A DNA stretch of 48,658 bases, the filler included, from Basidiobolus ranarum (taxonomy: Eukaryota): assembly GCA_040143965.1 (NCBI GenBank). It is 2 parts of 2 records of this genome, joined end to end, with 100 filler letters (N's around TTAATTAATTAA, not from the genome) between each part and the next. Parts side by side here need not be neighbours in the genome. Positions count along the whole stretch, not along the records: positions 1 to 24,314 come from JASJQH010007031.1; 1 more part is not named here. One strand, 5' to 3'. Positions 1 to 13,084 of the stretch are shown here, in pieces (position 1 is the first letter of the stretch; each line of letters begins with the position of its first letter). A program made the translations under genes and the position numbers. Under the pieces are notes generated by a model, which ran no database searches, had not been told where the DNA came from, and saw only the letters and a program-made list of their open reading frames with translations.

Positions 1-79
1 CGATGGTTATCAAATTGATAGCTCTTTCTCTTGTTTCTTTCACGACGAAATCCATTCGTTTGAAGAATTACTGAAATCA

Positions 80-686
80 ATGGCTGTCATTCAAAAGTCT
101 GGTATCGTTGCCGGGTCCAACCGTGGTCACATCACTACTCGTCGTGAGTTAAAGGTCAAGCCTTCTCACAAGAAGGGGGTAAGTGTCTTTTTTTCCTTGT
201 TATTTGAGAATATTCCGTTAGTATAGCATGGAGTTGCTCGTAATATGAACGCTACGAGGATAAGCTAGAGAAGTACTAGTTAAATTGGATGGATGCCACC
301 ACGATTTGTTATGGATGATGGCATACGAAAAGAGAGGATAGTTGAAGAATTAGACAGAAAGAGATATGGACACGAAATAGCTTAGATTAGGATTAGAGTT
401 GACTGGACTAGTTGAAAAGATATACACACTTTGAAGAGACATATAGCTAAACAAGTGATTTTTGATGATGTAGGTTGCCTCCAACCGTGTCAAGTTCGTT
501 CGCGAAATTGTCCGTGAAGTCGCTGGTTTCGCACCCTATGAACGTCGTATCCTCGAATTGTTGAAGAACTCCAAGGATAAGCGTGCCCGTAAGCTCGCCA
601 AGAAGAGACTCGGTACATTCATCCGTGCCAAGGCCAAGGTTGAGGAGATGTCCAATGTCATCGCCGAATCCCGTCGTGCTCATTAA
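80..686 (+). CDS. RPL36: 60S ribosomal protein L36 (eL36); exons 80-178 and 474-686, 103 aa
   Basis: Spliced translation [102 protein letters not shown] intron 179-473. Confidence 0.97.
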
Positions 687-1286
687 ATCAATGTGGACAG
701 AACAACGAAGCATGAAGTGTTTCCAAAGAATCGAATAAAATGTGAATGCTTACGTGCTTTAATCATCCCAAAAAACTGGTGTATTCAATCGTTACAAAAT
801 AGGCATGTTTTCTAGTCTATTACTGACACTAATGATGGTCCCGTTTCTATATACACAAAATGTAAGGCATCTAAGGTGGTTCAACTCACTTGACATGACT
901 TGGACCATCTAAAGCCTTATAAGTCATAGGTGATGATAGGATTGTTCATGATTTAGTGAAAAGGGTAAAACTAAATGAAAGCTATATCTGTACCTACTTT
1001 AGTGATTTTCAATTAGATTAGATATACATTTAAAGTAAAATGAATATGCTTTTAAGCATATACTTAGCGTGATTAAGAATGCTATCATATGATCTTCGGT
1101 TGAGTCGGCGCGAAATTTTGGGGAAATCATAAATCCAAAAAGAGTAAAGAAGTGTCATACAAAATGCTAATTTATTATTTAAGTTTCCCAAATGATCGAT
1201 GGATTTACAAAATACTCCGCGTGTAATCTTATTTTTGCTTCTTTAACGTATAAACACTACAAACAAAGACAAACCAAGAAAATGCA

Positions 1287-4200
1287 ATGAGTGACTTCAC
1301 AAAAGCTACAGAAGCGTCTAATAATGTCTCGTCAAGTGGTAATAACGTGAAAACCCCAACTATATCAAAAAATTTTCACAGAACTAACGGGATTCACTTT
1401 TCTTAAGAAGAGAACTTCACTTTAATAAAGCTACCAAAGGAAACCCCTCAGTCGAGGAATTATGAACGAGAAAAAAGCTATCAACTTCGAGCATTGGTAA
1501 AGTTATTTCTTCTATGCCAACAAGCTGTTTGATTTACTTTACATTTCTTATCTTTCATTTAGGGTCGAAAAACCTTGACTTACCAGAAACGTCAAATGTT
1601 TGTTAATGTGTGTTGCATAAGGTAATTAGTTTAAAGAAAAGATACCGTTTAACTGTTGGTATCACTCTAAATCTCCTCCTTATCTTCGAAAAGTTTATGT
1701 CCATTTTTAATGGTAGCAGCCGCGGGACTTTTGAGTCATGTAATTTTATCTTTATTACGTAATAGTTTACCACCCGTAGAAGGTACAAGTGAATAGATTT
1801 CCTGATACTAGTATTCAACAATACTCAAATCCTGTTTATTTAGAAATGGTAACTTGCTCCAGTTACAACGCTTCCAACTACCAAGGTTTTCCTATACTCT
1901 CCGATGAGCTACCCACCTTACCATCCAACTTAATTCCAAACGCACAATTATCGAGTCCAGTCAAACAAGCCAACTTTTTTACTTTCTCAAGGGGAGATTC
2001 CTTCGGTAAATCTTCGGGAAATTCTTTCCTGGATCCAAATTTACAAACATGCACTTTCTGGTTTGAACATAATTATCCCTATCGGGCACCCTACGAACTA
2101 GACCCTCAAGTCACCGATCAACGCCTTCGGTTATCAACGTAAGTATTGCAGCGATAAAATTGAATTTTTTGAAGATGTGGTGTATTTACCGTGGTTCTCG
2201 ACCAGAACGTTTAAACCAGACCCTATAGGTGGATGGTTGGGGCAAGAGCAAATTAAAGAGCCTGCCTGGTTAGGGAGATTTCAAACGTATCCATGGTATA
2301 TAGTCAAGGATGAGGTTGGCACCAATTCTGGTCGAAAACCTGAACTTCCCTCCATGTCATTCAACGAAACATTACCTGAGAAGATGCTGTTGAACCAGAC
2401 ATCTGGAACAGGTAGAGTGACTTCACATGGCTTATTCTATGAGAAAGCTTGAATCTAACATCGTTGAAGGGATTATGAGGTCTTTGCCTATCAACTATTT
2501 TATTCAATTCGGCAACATAATGGGGACCACCAAAAATGCGGAGATGTTGGGATTACCTTTTATAGACAAACGGAGCGACCAAGATGTGAATGAGTCTATT
2601 ACTGAGCAAGTCCAAATGTATGTTCTTCATGCTTTTTCTTCATGAATATTCCTCTTACATAGAAGCTCAGTGTTTTGCAGGGACTCTCAACAATGAACAA
2701 TTCTGTGCTTCATGAAACAAACCCAGACGATGAATCCACGTGAGTTGAATTTATATTGATTTCTAGATATTCCATGAATGTGCCACTAATAGGATGAAAT
2801 AGAATTCGATACTTTGTCGAGGTATCACAGCAGGTGTCACAAGTACCATGGGGAGGTATGGACTACATCTACTCACTTGAAAGTCACAAATACTTCTGAC
2901 ATTTTGTTACGGATTTTAGCATTGATATTTTCAAAATTGGCTCCGGAAACAAAACAGTGGAATTATACATTGCAGATTGGTATGGATGCTAGGATTTCCA
3001 AGGCTGCTGCTTTTCCTTCCCGAGGTCTCCGGAACGTTGCCACTCAGTCTTTTCTGGGGACTGCCTTTTGTAAGATTAACATCAAAAACGTTGTCATAAG
3101 TAGTGTATGTGATTGATATTGTTGAACTTGTTAGTACAATCGATACCCAACACTTCTGCGGATAGGATCAGTCACGGCTTTCGAGTAAGTTTTCGGTAAT
3201 TTACAGCTCTGGTGCGATATTGAGTCCTAATCAATCACGGTACATAGGTGATGCCCCAATTAGTCAAGAATGAACTGGACTTTCCCGTTGGATCGTTCGT
3301 TGGGAGAATTCTTTATCCATTCGGTAAGCGCGTATGAATCTAAATTGGTGTTTCGTAGTTACTAACAGCATTCCCAACAGGTATATCTTTTCTACTGCCG
3401 GTGTTTGTCATAATGCTGGTGAAGGAGAAGGAAGACAGGATATTGATTATGATGAAAATGGTCAGCAAAGTTAACGGATGTCATATCGAACGGAGTGCTA
3501 ATTGGATTTTGTGTTTAGAATGGCTTGAAATCATGGGCTTATTACTCCACTTGCTACATTCACTTTTATTTACTACATATTATTACCTCGGTAATCTTTT
3601 GTGTGAGTGGAGTTGCCTTTGGAATGGAACTTTTCACGAGAACAGAGCCCTCTGTTTATATCTTATTGCTATTCATTTGGGGGCATGTACAGATCGCCTT
3701 GGCCTTCTTCCTGAGCAGCTTTCTTAGTAAAGTGCAGTTCTCTCTAAGTGAGTTTGTTAGATTTCAGTATCCAGCACAAATTATTTTTAAACGAGGTTTC
3801 TTTTGTAGTCTTCAGCTTTTTGCTTGTACTGTGTGGAGTATTGTGCAATTTAGCTCTGGGTAAGGCTAAGATTAGCTATCTTTTGTTTTGACTTGATGTT
3901 AATCCCAACTATCTAAGAAATGATCTTCGACGGACCCTCACCAATCTGGCATTTCATATGGCCTCCGTTTGCTTTTTATCACTGCCTAACATTACTCAAT
4001 ATTGTGGCAGTTGATCTTAACGAAGCGGTAAGAAGATTTTTATCTCTAAAATCAAGCCTAGAGTGCTTGCTCACATAACTGTTGGACCCGTGTAGGCATA
4101 TACCATGGCTAAATTAAAACTCCCCAATGAGGTTATGATAGGGATTATTTTCATGATTGTCGAGATATTTGTGTTGTTTGCTTTGACTGGGTATGTTATC

Positions 4201-5842
4201 AGTTACGCTTCAAAAAAAATAGAAAATCTCTAACGATGTCTTGCTCTTTCCCCAACACAGTTACATCAACTCTGTACTTCCTGGAGAGTATGGCACGAAG
4301 AAGCCTTGGCATTTTATTTTTACCGAGATGTTTTCAAAGTCCAGAGAGTCACGTGAGGTAACCTATTGAGCAATCTAAGTTATACTCGCGACACCCGATT
4401 GATCTTTTGCATTGACTCTAGTTGCCAGTGTCCATAGAAAATACTGAAATCAAGGAATTTCCAGATGAAGACGAGGACGTTAAAATGGAAAAGCGAAGGG
4501 TTTTGCTGAATGAGCATCTAACCGATTCGCCATTGATTATGAAATCCTTATCCAAAAGATATGGGAAGGATCATTTGGCCGTTAAAGATATCACATTGGC
4601 CATAGAGGTACAAGGCAGACGACTCTTATTAATGATGTCCCAAAGCTAACTCTTGTTTAGTCCGATAAAATATTTGGTTTGTTAGGTCCAAACGGAGCTG
4701 GTAAAACCACATTGATCAGCATATTGACCGGATTGTACAGTCCATCATCCGGTAAGTGGCACCTCTCGCACTCACTTAACACACAGACTTTAGTACTTAC
4801 CCTACATTCGAAAACAGGCCAAGCATTGGTGGATGGATATGATATTAACACTCAGATGCGCGAAATATATATGAGCATTGGGATCTGTCCACAGGTACTA
4901 TTTGAATATGTATCAAAGTGAAAGCCCATTCTAATGACTATGACGACAGCATAACATTCTATGGGATGATCTTACTGTCGGAGAGCATCTTTTGTTCTTT
5001 GCTAGGCTCAAAGGCATACCCCATGAACTCGAATATGAGGCTATGAGAGAAGCGCTAACTCACGTCTCATTGCAACTTTTCGAGAATCGACTAGCCAAGG
5101 GATTAAGCGGTGGTGAGAAGCGTAGGTTGTCTATCGCCATAGCCCTAGTAGGGAATCCCAAAGTTGTATTTCTAGATGAGCCAACGGTAAAGTACTGCAA
5201 CCATTTTGTCAGAGTGATAGCAAGCTAACGAGTGCTGTTCCTTTTTGAATTTATCTAGACTGGCTTGGATCCCGAAGTTAGACGATTGATTTGGGATATC
5301 ATTTTAGATTCCAAGCACGGACGAACCATAATTTTGGTTAGTAGCAGTGGAACAGATATACCGCAACACTCAAATTAACATTCAATTTATTCCTTCAGAC
5401 TACACATTCTATGGAAGAGGCGGATGTACTATGTAACAATATAGGAATTATGGTCAAAGGACAACTACGTTGTTTAGGTACATCCTTACACTTGAAACAA
5501 ACCTACGGAAACGGGTTTCAATTGGGATTTAGTGTAACGCCAGAGAACATGGATAAAGCATCTGAGTATTTACCATCTACTTATACTCTGTCTAATAGAG
5601 TCTTCCCACTAACAATCCACTTGAAATCCAGTTTTATAGAGTCGATAATACCTTCTAAATGGACCAAGCAACAGTACTCAGGAACTGCCTTATACCGCTT
5701 CAGTAGTGGCCCTGGGGTTGTTCCTTCAATCTTTGAAAAAATGGAACCAGGTAGAGCAGAAGTAGGAATTCTTGATTGGGGACTCAGTCAAACCAGTTTA
5801 GAAGAAGTATTTTTGGAGATTGTACAGGAAGAAGATATTTGA
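1287..5842 (+). CDS. ABC transporter, subfamily A, half-size (one TMD plus one NBD), many short introns
   Basis: N-terminal [16 protein letters not shown] motif typical of ABCA, large extracellular loop, VKEKE..MMKM.GLK segment, TM helices, Walker [10 protein letters not shown], signature [12 protein letters not shown], Walker [19 protein letters not shown]-terminal [10 protein letters not shown]. The start codon and some internal exon borders are inferred. Confidence 0.93.
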
Positions 5843-6159
5843 TCCATTGATAACATACATATGAAATAAATATTAACTTGGTGTTTTACGCGTTAATTAT
5901 ACTTCAATCATTGCTTTAGAGCTCTTCATGTACTTGTTTATAATTGAAAGTTGATGAATGTTATCGATGGACATTAAGAAGATATCTTTGAGATTTTGAC
6001 AAAGGTACAGGGAGAATTTTGGTTCTACAATAAGTACAAAACTGGAGGGAAAGGAAATATCATAGAGTTTCAAAAGAAAAATGAATATGCATCACAAAGC
6101 TCACGTTCCTACAAATATGAGAGAAAAGAGTGGGGAAAAAGCAAGTCTAGGTCAAGTAT

Positions 6160-6495
6160 TTATTCTTTCTCTCCCTTTTTTGCTTGTTCGAAACCTTGAA
6201 CATCCCAAACTGGTCGGTCTGAGTCAACATTTTTCTGGATGGTTTCCATTAAAAGTTGGTGTTTCTTCAAACGCTCCTCTCTATGTTTGATAACCTCTTG
6301 TTTCATCTCTTCAGGAAGTCTCTACACGTAGATAAAAGTAAATTGATAAGAAATTTGTTACTTGTAATCGTGAGAAAACATAAAGAAACCTACCTCATAG
6401 AGCTGTTCTGGTGTGGGAACAGTCAACTTCATCATAGCGTAAGCACCACCCATAATGGCGCCCGAATAGACAATTGCTTTTACTAACTTACTCAT
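6160..6495 (-). CDS. CBP4: Cytochrome bc1 assembly factor Cbp4-like; exons 6495-6394 and 6321-6160, 87 aa
   Basis: Spliced translation MSKLVKAIVYSGAIMGGAYAMMKLTVPTPEQLYE|RLPEEMKQEVIKHREERLKKHQLLMETIQKNVDSDRPVWDVQG: N-terminal TM, PTPEQL motif and SDRPVW motif. Not in the ORF track. Confidence 0.8.
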
Positions 6496-6797
6496 TTGGT
6501 TACTTGTGTGGAGTTGTGTATAGTTTCCAAGCGTTGGTGTATATAGGAAAATAATACTAGCTAATCAATCATCCGCAGTGATTGTCAGTCAAGAAAATTT
6601 TTTAATGTGGGGATAAATCATATAAGTTTCATTCTCATTCCCCCAGTGATTTTTTGAGCCATTAAAATAAAAGTTAAACTAAACAAACTCTCTGGACATC
6701 AATTCTTTAACTGAATTATACCGAGACAATTTTATTTAGAATTCTAGAATATACAACAGAAAAGTAAAAGAGGCGAACTAATGAAGTTTATCAAACG

Positions 6798-8127
6798 TTA
6801 GATCTGGAGATCAGTTTGTGGCATGGAGAGTTTAGACAATCTGGCGATCAAACCAGTAAGTTGGAGTAAAGTTTGGACACCTTCCAAGATTTTCATATGT
6901 GTGAATCCGATCTCTTTGATGAACTCCAACTTCATGAATTCAGGCATTCCCTGGAAATTTTTCACTACTCTAAATAGTGTGGTGATGATATCGATACTAC
7001 TGTATCCTTGGTACCATAATTCTTTCAATGAAGCAAGTGCTTCGTCAACATGACACTGCAAGCAGTTTTCAATGATAGAATTCACTATTACCGGATGAGG
7101 TTGATCACACACTTTGAATACATTATCTGGATTGATATAACCAAAACCAGAGAATGTTGATTGAAGGTTATTTAATGCTTGACGCATATCTCCTTCAGCT
7201 GTGAAAATAATTGCCTCAATTCCCTCAGGGCTGTAAGAAACCTAATATTCATGATTAGTCTTGCTAATTGATGCATCTTTGTTACTATCAAATAAACGTT
7301 ACCTTCTCTGCCTCACAAATTTCCAATACTCGCTTAGTTAGTTGTTTGTCAGCCAATCTGGTGTATCTTAAGATAGCACATCTACTTTGAATGGGCTCGA
7401 TAATTTTACTAGACATATTGCAAGCAAGAGCAAAGCGTGTGGTGCTTGAATAGATCTCCATGGTTCTACGTAGAGCTTGTTGAGCACCAGGTGTCATGCT
7501 AGAATAGGATTGATTTGTTAGCGTATAAGTGGCAAACAACGTAAAATATCACAAGAACCTGTCAGCTTCATCAAGAATAATGATCTTATGTCTACCGGGA
7601 GGTAAAGTGACTTTTTTCTGTGAGAACATTTTGATACGATTTCTGACAACCTCTATTCCTCTACGAAATTAAGAATTATTTTGAGTTTCGTCCTCCATAT
7701 ATACATACAGCATCAGTGCCTTAAAGTTTACCTATCATCAGAAGCGTTAAGTTCTAAAACTGCCTCTTTGTATGCAGGACCGAGAAGAGCGTGAGCCAAG
7801 CAAAGAATACTAGTGGTCTTACCAATACCGGGAGGGCCCTAGTAAGTTACATTGATGTTAGGCTTTGGGACGAAGCAACGTAAAAATAACCAAGATAAAA
7901 TGAGTACCGAAATGATGATGTTTGGAATATTCCCGTCCTTGGCAATTACTTTTAAACGACTAACTGTTTCTTCGTTTCCTACCACATCTTTGAGCTCAAT
8001 TGGTCTATACTTCTCAACCCTATACAACAATGAGTGTTAGTGACATTCACCAACAATGAGATATTCTTACTCACCAAGGAAGCTCGTAGGAATCACTGTC
8101 TCCTTTTAAACCAGTTCCAGAGCTCAT
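6798..8127 (-). CDS. RFC4: Replication factor C small subunit (yeast Rfc4 / human RFC2), multi-exon
   Basis: [71 protein letters not shown]. Confidence 0.96.
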
Positions 8128-8407
8128 GGTGTGCCTTATGGTACGGTATGTATATTCTAGGTTTAACTGACGTTATCAGTAGCTCCGTCGTTACAGACTT
8201 TGTTTATTATTTCATCTTGATTTGTTTTTGTTATATGTCACGAGGTAGCGAAGAATTTTGTATTGAAATTTATTGGCAAATTACCAACGGGTTAAGATCT
8301 TAGATTTATTTATTGTTCACCATTAATTCAGCAAATCCAACACTTTCCAACATCTTAAGAGCCCTGAAATTCAAGCTAAAAAAAGGGGGCAGATCAAATG
8401 GAAAAGT

Positions 8408-8418
8408 AGGGTAGGGGT
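8408..8418 (+). promoter_or_regulatory. Homol-E-like box (AGGGTAGGGGT) in the divergent RFC4/RPS1 promoter
   Basis: Resembles the AGGGTAGGGT element of fungal ribosomal-protein promoters; ~120 nt upstream of the RPS1 ATG. Confidence 0.3.
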
Positions 8419-8537
8419 GTACGAGCCAATAGATCAATGGGCCAGAAAAAAGGCTTTTAATAGCTGTGTCGGGAAGAATGAACATTCCTTTTGCGTTTGC
8501 ATTCGAACTTCTTCGTGTGTGAGCAGACTATATCAAC

Positions 8538-9456
8538 ATGGCTGTCGGAAAGAACAAGTGCGTTGAAATGAATTCATTAATGTCCCCTGAACATCGACTA
8601 ATCATCATCATCAATTGATAGGCGTCTTAGTAAAGGAAAGAAGGGATTGAAGAAGAAGATGTATGTATCTCCATCTATTAATTAATATCCACGCATCCAT
8701 TGCATTTTACCTGAACCATTACTAACTTCTGAATGATTTTCCAGTGTTGACCCCTTCACCCGTAAGGATTGGTATGACATCAAGGCCCCTTCTCTCTTCG
8801 AGGTACGTAACGTTGGCAAGACCCTTGTCAACCGTACCCAAGGTTTGAAGAACGCCACTGATTACTTGAAGGGACGTGTCCTCGAAGTTTCTCTCGCCGA
8901 TTTGAACAAGGATGAAGAACAATCCTTCCGTAAAATTCGTCTCAGAGTCGACGAAGTCCAAGGAAAGAATTGCCTTACCAACTTCCACGGTATGACCTTC
9001 ACTTCCGACAAGTTGAGATCTCTTGTCAAGAAGTGGCAATCTCTCATTGAGGCTCACGTCGATGTCAAGACCACCGACGGATACCTCCTTCGTCTCTTCT
9101 CCATTGGTTTCACCCGTAGAAGACCTAACCAACTCAAGAAGACCACCTATGCTCAATCTGCTCAAATCCGTCAAATTCGTAAGAAGATGTTCGAGATTAT
9201 GACCCGCGAAGCCTCTACTTGCGATCTTAAGTCTTTGGTCCAAAAGTTCATCCCCGAAGTTATCGGTCGTGAAATTGAGAAGGCTTGCCAAGGTATCTAT
9301 CCTCTTCAAAACGTCTACCTTCACAAGGTCAAGATCCTCAAGGCCCCCAAGTTCGATGTTGGTAAGTTGATGGAACTTCACGGTGATGCCTCCGAAGATT
9401 CCGGTGCCAAGATCGCCAAGGAATTCAAGGAACCCCAAGTCTTCACTGATATCTAA
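8538..9456 (+). CDS. RPS1: 40S ribosomal protein S1 (eS1/S3a); exons 8538-8557, 8622-8660, 8745-9456, 256 aa
   Basis: [35 protein letters not shown]...[12 protein letters not shown]...IYPLQNV; highly biased codon usage. Confidence 0.98.
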
Positions 9457-10150
9457 ATTCCGAAGAGTTTAACTTCACGCTCACCCTTTAATTCCGTTCT
9501 GCCATGTCAAGGAATACTTTCCAAATAAACGAAATGTCGAGATATTTCTCTCATTCTTATTGAAAATTAGATTCAGTGAGTATGAAACCTATTCTTGGGT
9601 CTCGGGGTTATCTTAGCCTCACCCTCTTTCAACCCACTGCGGCTTCATTGTCAATAGATTGGCGACTAATAAATAGAGTTTCAGTTTTGTTAACAATTTA
9701 TACTCTTTTATTCATACTCGGTGGGATTGTATTTAGCACAGCCATAACCATAACCCATTCCACACCAGTATAATAGAATGCCTACTCTAATTCTATTCTA
9801 CCTGGTTGGTTAGAATCGTATCCCCTAACTTCAACGTATCAAGTTATGATCTTCGTAACAACGTCTGATGAGTTATTATCATCATTATATATGTATTCTT
9901 GAACTAGTTGATTATATAGATTTGGAATTTACAATGAGATCACAGCAAGTCACATATTCGTTCCTTTGATTGGTGATATTTTAGTAGTTGTCTTATGAAC
10001 ACCAACGTTTGACTAGAAGATCCAAAATATAAAAGCTTGCTTTCGTGTTCATTCCCTTCCAAACCTCATCTAGTCCCCTTCAGACAGTGTAGTATATTAA
10101 CTCCTCTTTCGAAGGTTTTACCATATAATTTATTCCGATACTCACTGATA

Positions 10151-10489
10151 ATGAGAACGAATCAAGTTGGTCAACTTCACAAGTCCACTCTCAACAAAGG
10201 GGAGTTTTGGATGCCTGTACGTCGTGGGTCAATACAACTTTGTGATACAACCACCGTAGTTGCTAGCGATAAATCATTAGGTAAACGTAACTCACTAGTG
10301 GCCACCATGTTACGTTTAACTCCGAATGATGATACCATAGTAGTGCCACGAAAGAGACCTACCTCCACATACATATCATTTCCTCACTTTGAAGATGAAT
10401 CTCCATTAAATTCCGAGGAGAATACTGAGTCCACTCAACATAATATTGGGGGACTCATGGAATGGATGCAAAAAATCTCCTTAAAATAG
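10151..10489 (+). CDS. Hypothetical 112-aa protein with GEFWMP and YISFP motifs
   Basis: Single-exon ORF with a TATAAAA box at ~10028; shares two motifs in the same order with the convergent neighbour at 11164-11658. Confidence 0.65.
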   Translation: MRTNQVGQLHKSTLNKGEFWMPVRRGSIQLCDTTTVVASDKSLGKRNSLVATMLRLTPNDDTIVVPRKRPTSTYISFPHFEDESPLNSEENTESTQHNIGGLMEWMQKISLK

Positions 10490-11163
10490 GATGATTTTTC
10501 CTTGGAAATTTAATGGAATTTCATTACTTTTTCTTAACCAAGTTTATGATAGATTTAGTGTGAGTGTAAATACCTACATTTAGGAGATCAGTACAAAATA
10601 TCTAGCATTCTCGTATACGTATGTCTTAATAATACCGACTTTGCCCTTTTTACCTTAGAATAAATATTGACTTATGAAAAGTATATAAATCAATCCTATT
10701 ATATTATTATTGTTAATAAAACTTGGGTTCTGATTGTGTGGGTAGGAAACAAAGAGAGACGGCGGTGTGGAGTAATGATAGGGATGGGTATAGATGAAAT
10801 GATATCAAGTGAGAAATCATTAAAAAAAAAAGAAGTGGTGAATCTACATTAAAGTAATAAAGTATAGACTGATTATTTTTGTACAATATTCGAAGGAAGT
10901 TCACTTTTCCCCTCTCCCCTCTAATGGATAGCGTAGAAACAAAAGTTCCCACCGTTCGTAGACTCGGTTGACTAGGTTAAGAGCTCTCCCTTCGATGGAT
11001 TTACGTTAACATGCAGATATGGTGGAGGAGTTGGAAAGGAGATGGATAATGGTTTAAAATTATATATAGGTGAAAAGGTATTAAACGAGTGCTGGTGTAA
11101 GTAGACGGAGAAAGCGATGGATTTAGGCCACCTGAGTGTTCTTCATGAATACCATTTGGTAGT

Positions 11164-11658
11164 TTAAACACTAGCAGTACCCGTGCGTATCGAGTTAGAA
11201 ATAGTTCCTAAAAGACTTCGTGGTGGTGTATTAGGATTGGTTTCGTTACAGACGTCATCAACAGGAGGAAAAGACACATATCCAGAATCCATGTCATGGT
11301 CCTCTAGCTCTGACATATCAAGGATCCGAGGAGAAGGGCTATCCTGAGGGGTGGATAGTGAGGAGTTACTACCACAACTTTCTTCATCTAATTCTTGGTT
11401 CAGCGAGTGGCAGTCAAGTGGTTCTGTGGCTTCGGAATATATCGATGTCACCTCAACCTGAGTGGAAGTGGTGGCGATATATTTACAAAGATAATCTACG
11501 CTGAAGGAGCCACTTAAAGGGGACCTAGCTCGACGGAGGCTCATCTTTGCCGTGGCCGTCTCATTGGTGATTGCATGGTTCTCCATAGCATAATTGGGCA
11601 TATCCGGAATCCATAGCTCGCCAGTTTTCACTGAACACTTACGTACTAAACTCGACAT
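11164..11658 (-). CDS. Hypothetical 164-aa Ser/acidic-rich protein with GELWIP and YVSFP motifs
   Basis: Single-exon ORF with TATAAAA on the minus strand at ~11884-11890; motif similarity to 10151-10489. Confidence 0.7.
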   Translation of the reverse strand: MSSLVRKCSVKTGELWIPDMPNYAMENHAITNETATAKMSLRRARSPLSGSFSVDYLCKYIATTSTQVEVTSIYSEATEPLDCHSLNQELDEESCGSNSSLSTPQDSPSPRILDMSELEDHDMDSGYVSFPPVDDVCNETNPNTPPRSLLGTISNSIRTGTASV

Positions 11659-13084
11659 GATCAAACTAAATATACTTGGTCAATCCTAAATTTGCGGTGG
11701 TGGTTGGAAATGCTCTTATGAGAAGAGGGAAAATTAGCAAGTATCTGATGTGGAGGAGTCAGCTTTATGATTGCCCAAGAAGCACAGATTGGTTGGAAAG
11801 GGTTGGAGGTGGAGACGGATATGAAAACACAGGGAAATTTCGAGACTGGTGAACAAATTCTGGTATAATGCTGACCGTAGGGCTTTTATAATTAAATGAA
11901 AATCATTCAGGAACAGATGACACCTTTCCGATGATTATTAGTGGCTGGCTCACTTCATTCCCAAGTAATACAACCTACAACCCCCAATATGACAAACCAC
12001 CAATGATAGACTCACTCTGATGTGGTTTAGGCATCTCACGTGATTCGGAAGTTCAAGTGCTATAATAACCACTAACCCCAGGAAGGATCGCCACATTTAT
12101 CAGAAGCTACCACTAGTGCTACATATATCGAGATCAGAATCAGTGCATTCATTCAGAATCAGTCCACCCTTTCCAGTGGACCCTAATTTTACATTGATTG
12201 ATTCCAACCAATTTAGGGAATTACCAGGTCACAGAAGTCCTGGGAACTCCGCTCAATCTTCAGAACGATGTTAGCTGACTGTTGGCTGGCTAGATGCTAT
12301 GTGCTATTCATGTTACATTACATTACAATACCGCAAGTCAATTCACACCCAAATCTTCCCTATCTAGCTGGAATGTATTTTAAGAAATTAGACCAATGCG
12401 CATATCAGCTTTTATGGGTAAATACTCCATCACCCAATGAGAGATGGGAGTGGAAATCTCTCCGACTATTCAACACTTCCACCTAATTTGGCTCTAAGCT
12501 AACTTTCTTGATACTAGTTAATTTAACTTGTGCTTCACTACTTGTGATTTAATTCAGATGGTACTGGATTTACTAGCAATCACTAATGAAACCTGGTTAG
12601 TGTCTAGCAAACATACACTAGTTAAGGGGTCATACTATAAGCATTAAGGTAATCAAACAACTCTTCAGTCACACTACGTTTGATTGTTCTAAAAATAATT
12701 CTACCCACAGTGAATGATAGGTGCGAATGATAGGTGCTTCCAGGCCATTCATTTATCAGGCTATTTACAGACAATGAGGAAGAGGCGAAGGAGAGCAGAC
12801 TATTAACTAATTATTTAAGGAAACAATGAGAGTGATCGGCTTCGGCTAATCTATAAATAGATCATATCACGTGGTTTATGCCAGGTTAGTCAAAGTGTTG
12901 TTAAGGATAAGCACGTTGTTGTGGCGTTAATTTCAATTTATTCTTGCCATTGAAATCCTGTTTACGCTAACAATTATGTTGATCTCTAATTAGGGGGTTT
13001 GGACTAGAACTTGAGCAATTTGCATTTGCTTAAAGTTAGCGATTCTATATAGGTGCATTTCACATACACATTGCTGTTACATGA

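Noticed and set aside
2177-2645. Apparent frameshift between consecutive ABCA ORFs
   Set aside because: Resolved by a canonical GTAGAG..CTAAC..AAG intron
8722-9438. 238-aa antisense ORF over RPS1 (also 447-713 over RPL36)
   Set aside because: Shadow ORFs caused by strong codon bias of ribosomal-protein genes
12713-12737. Short two-copy direct repeat (GAATGATAGGTGC); a similar case lies at ~36087-36111
   Set aside because: Isolated slippage-type duplications with no matching partner to define an element boundary
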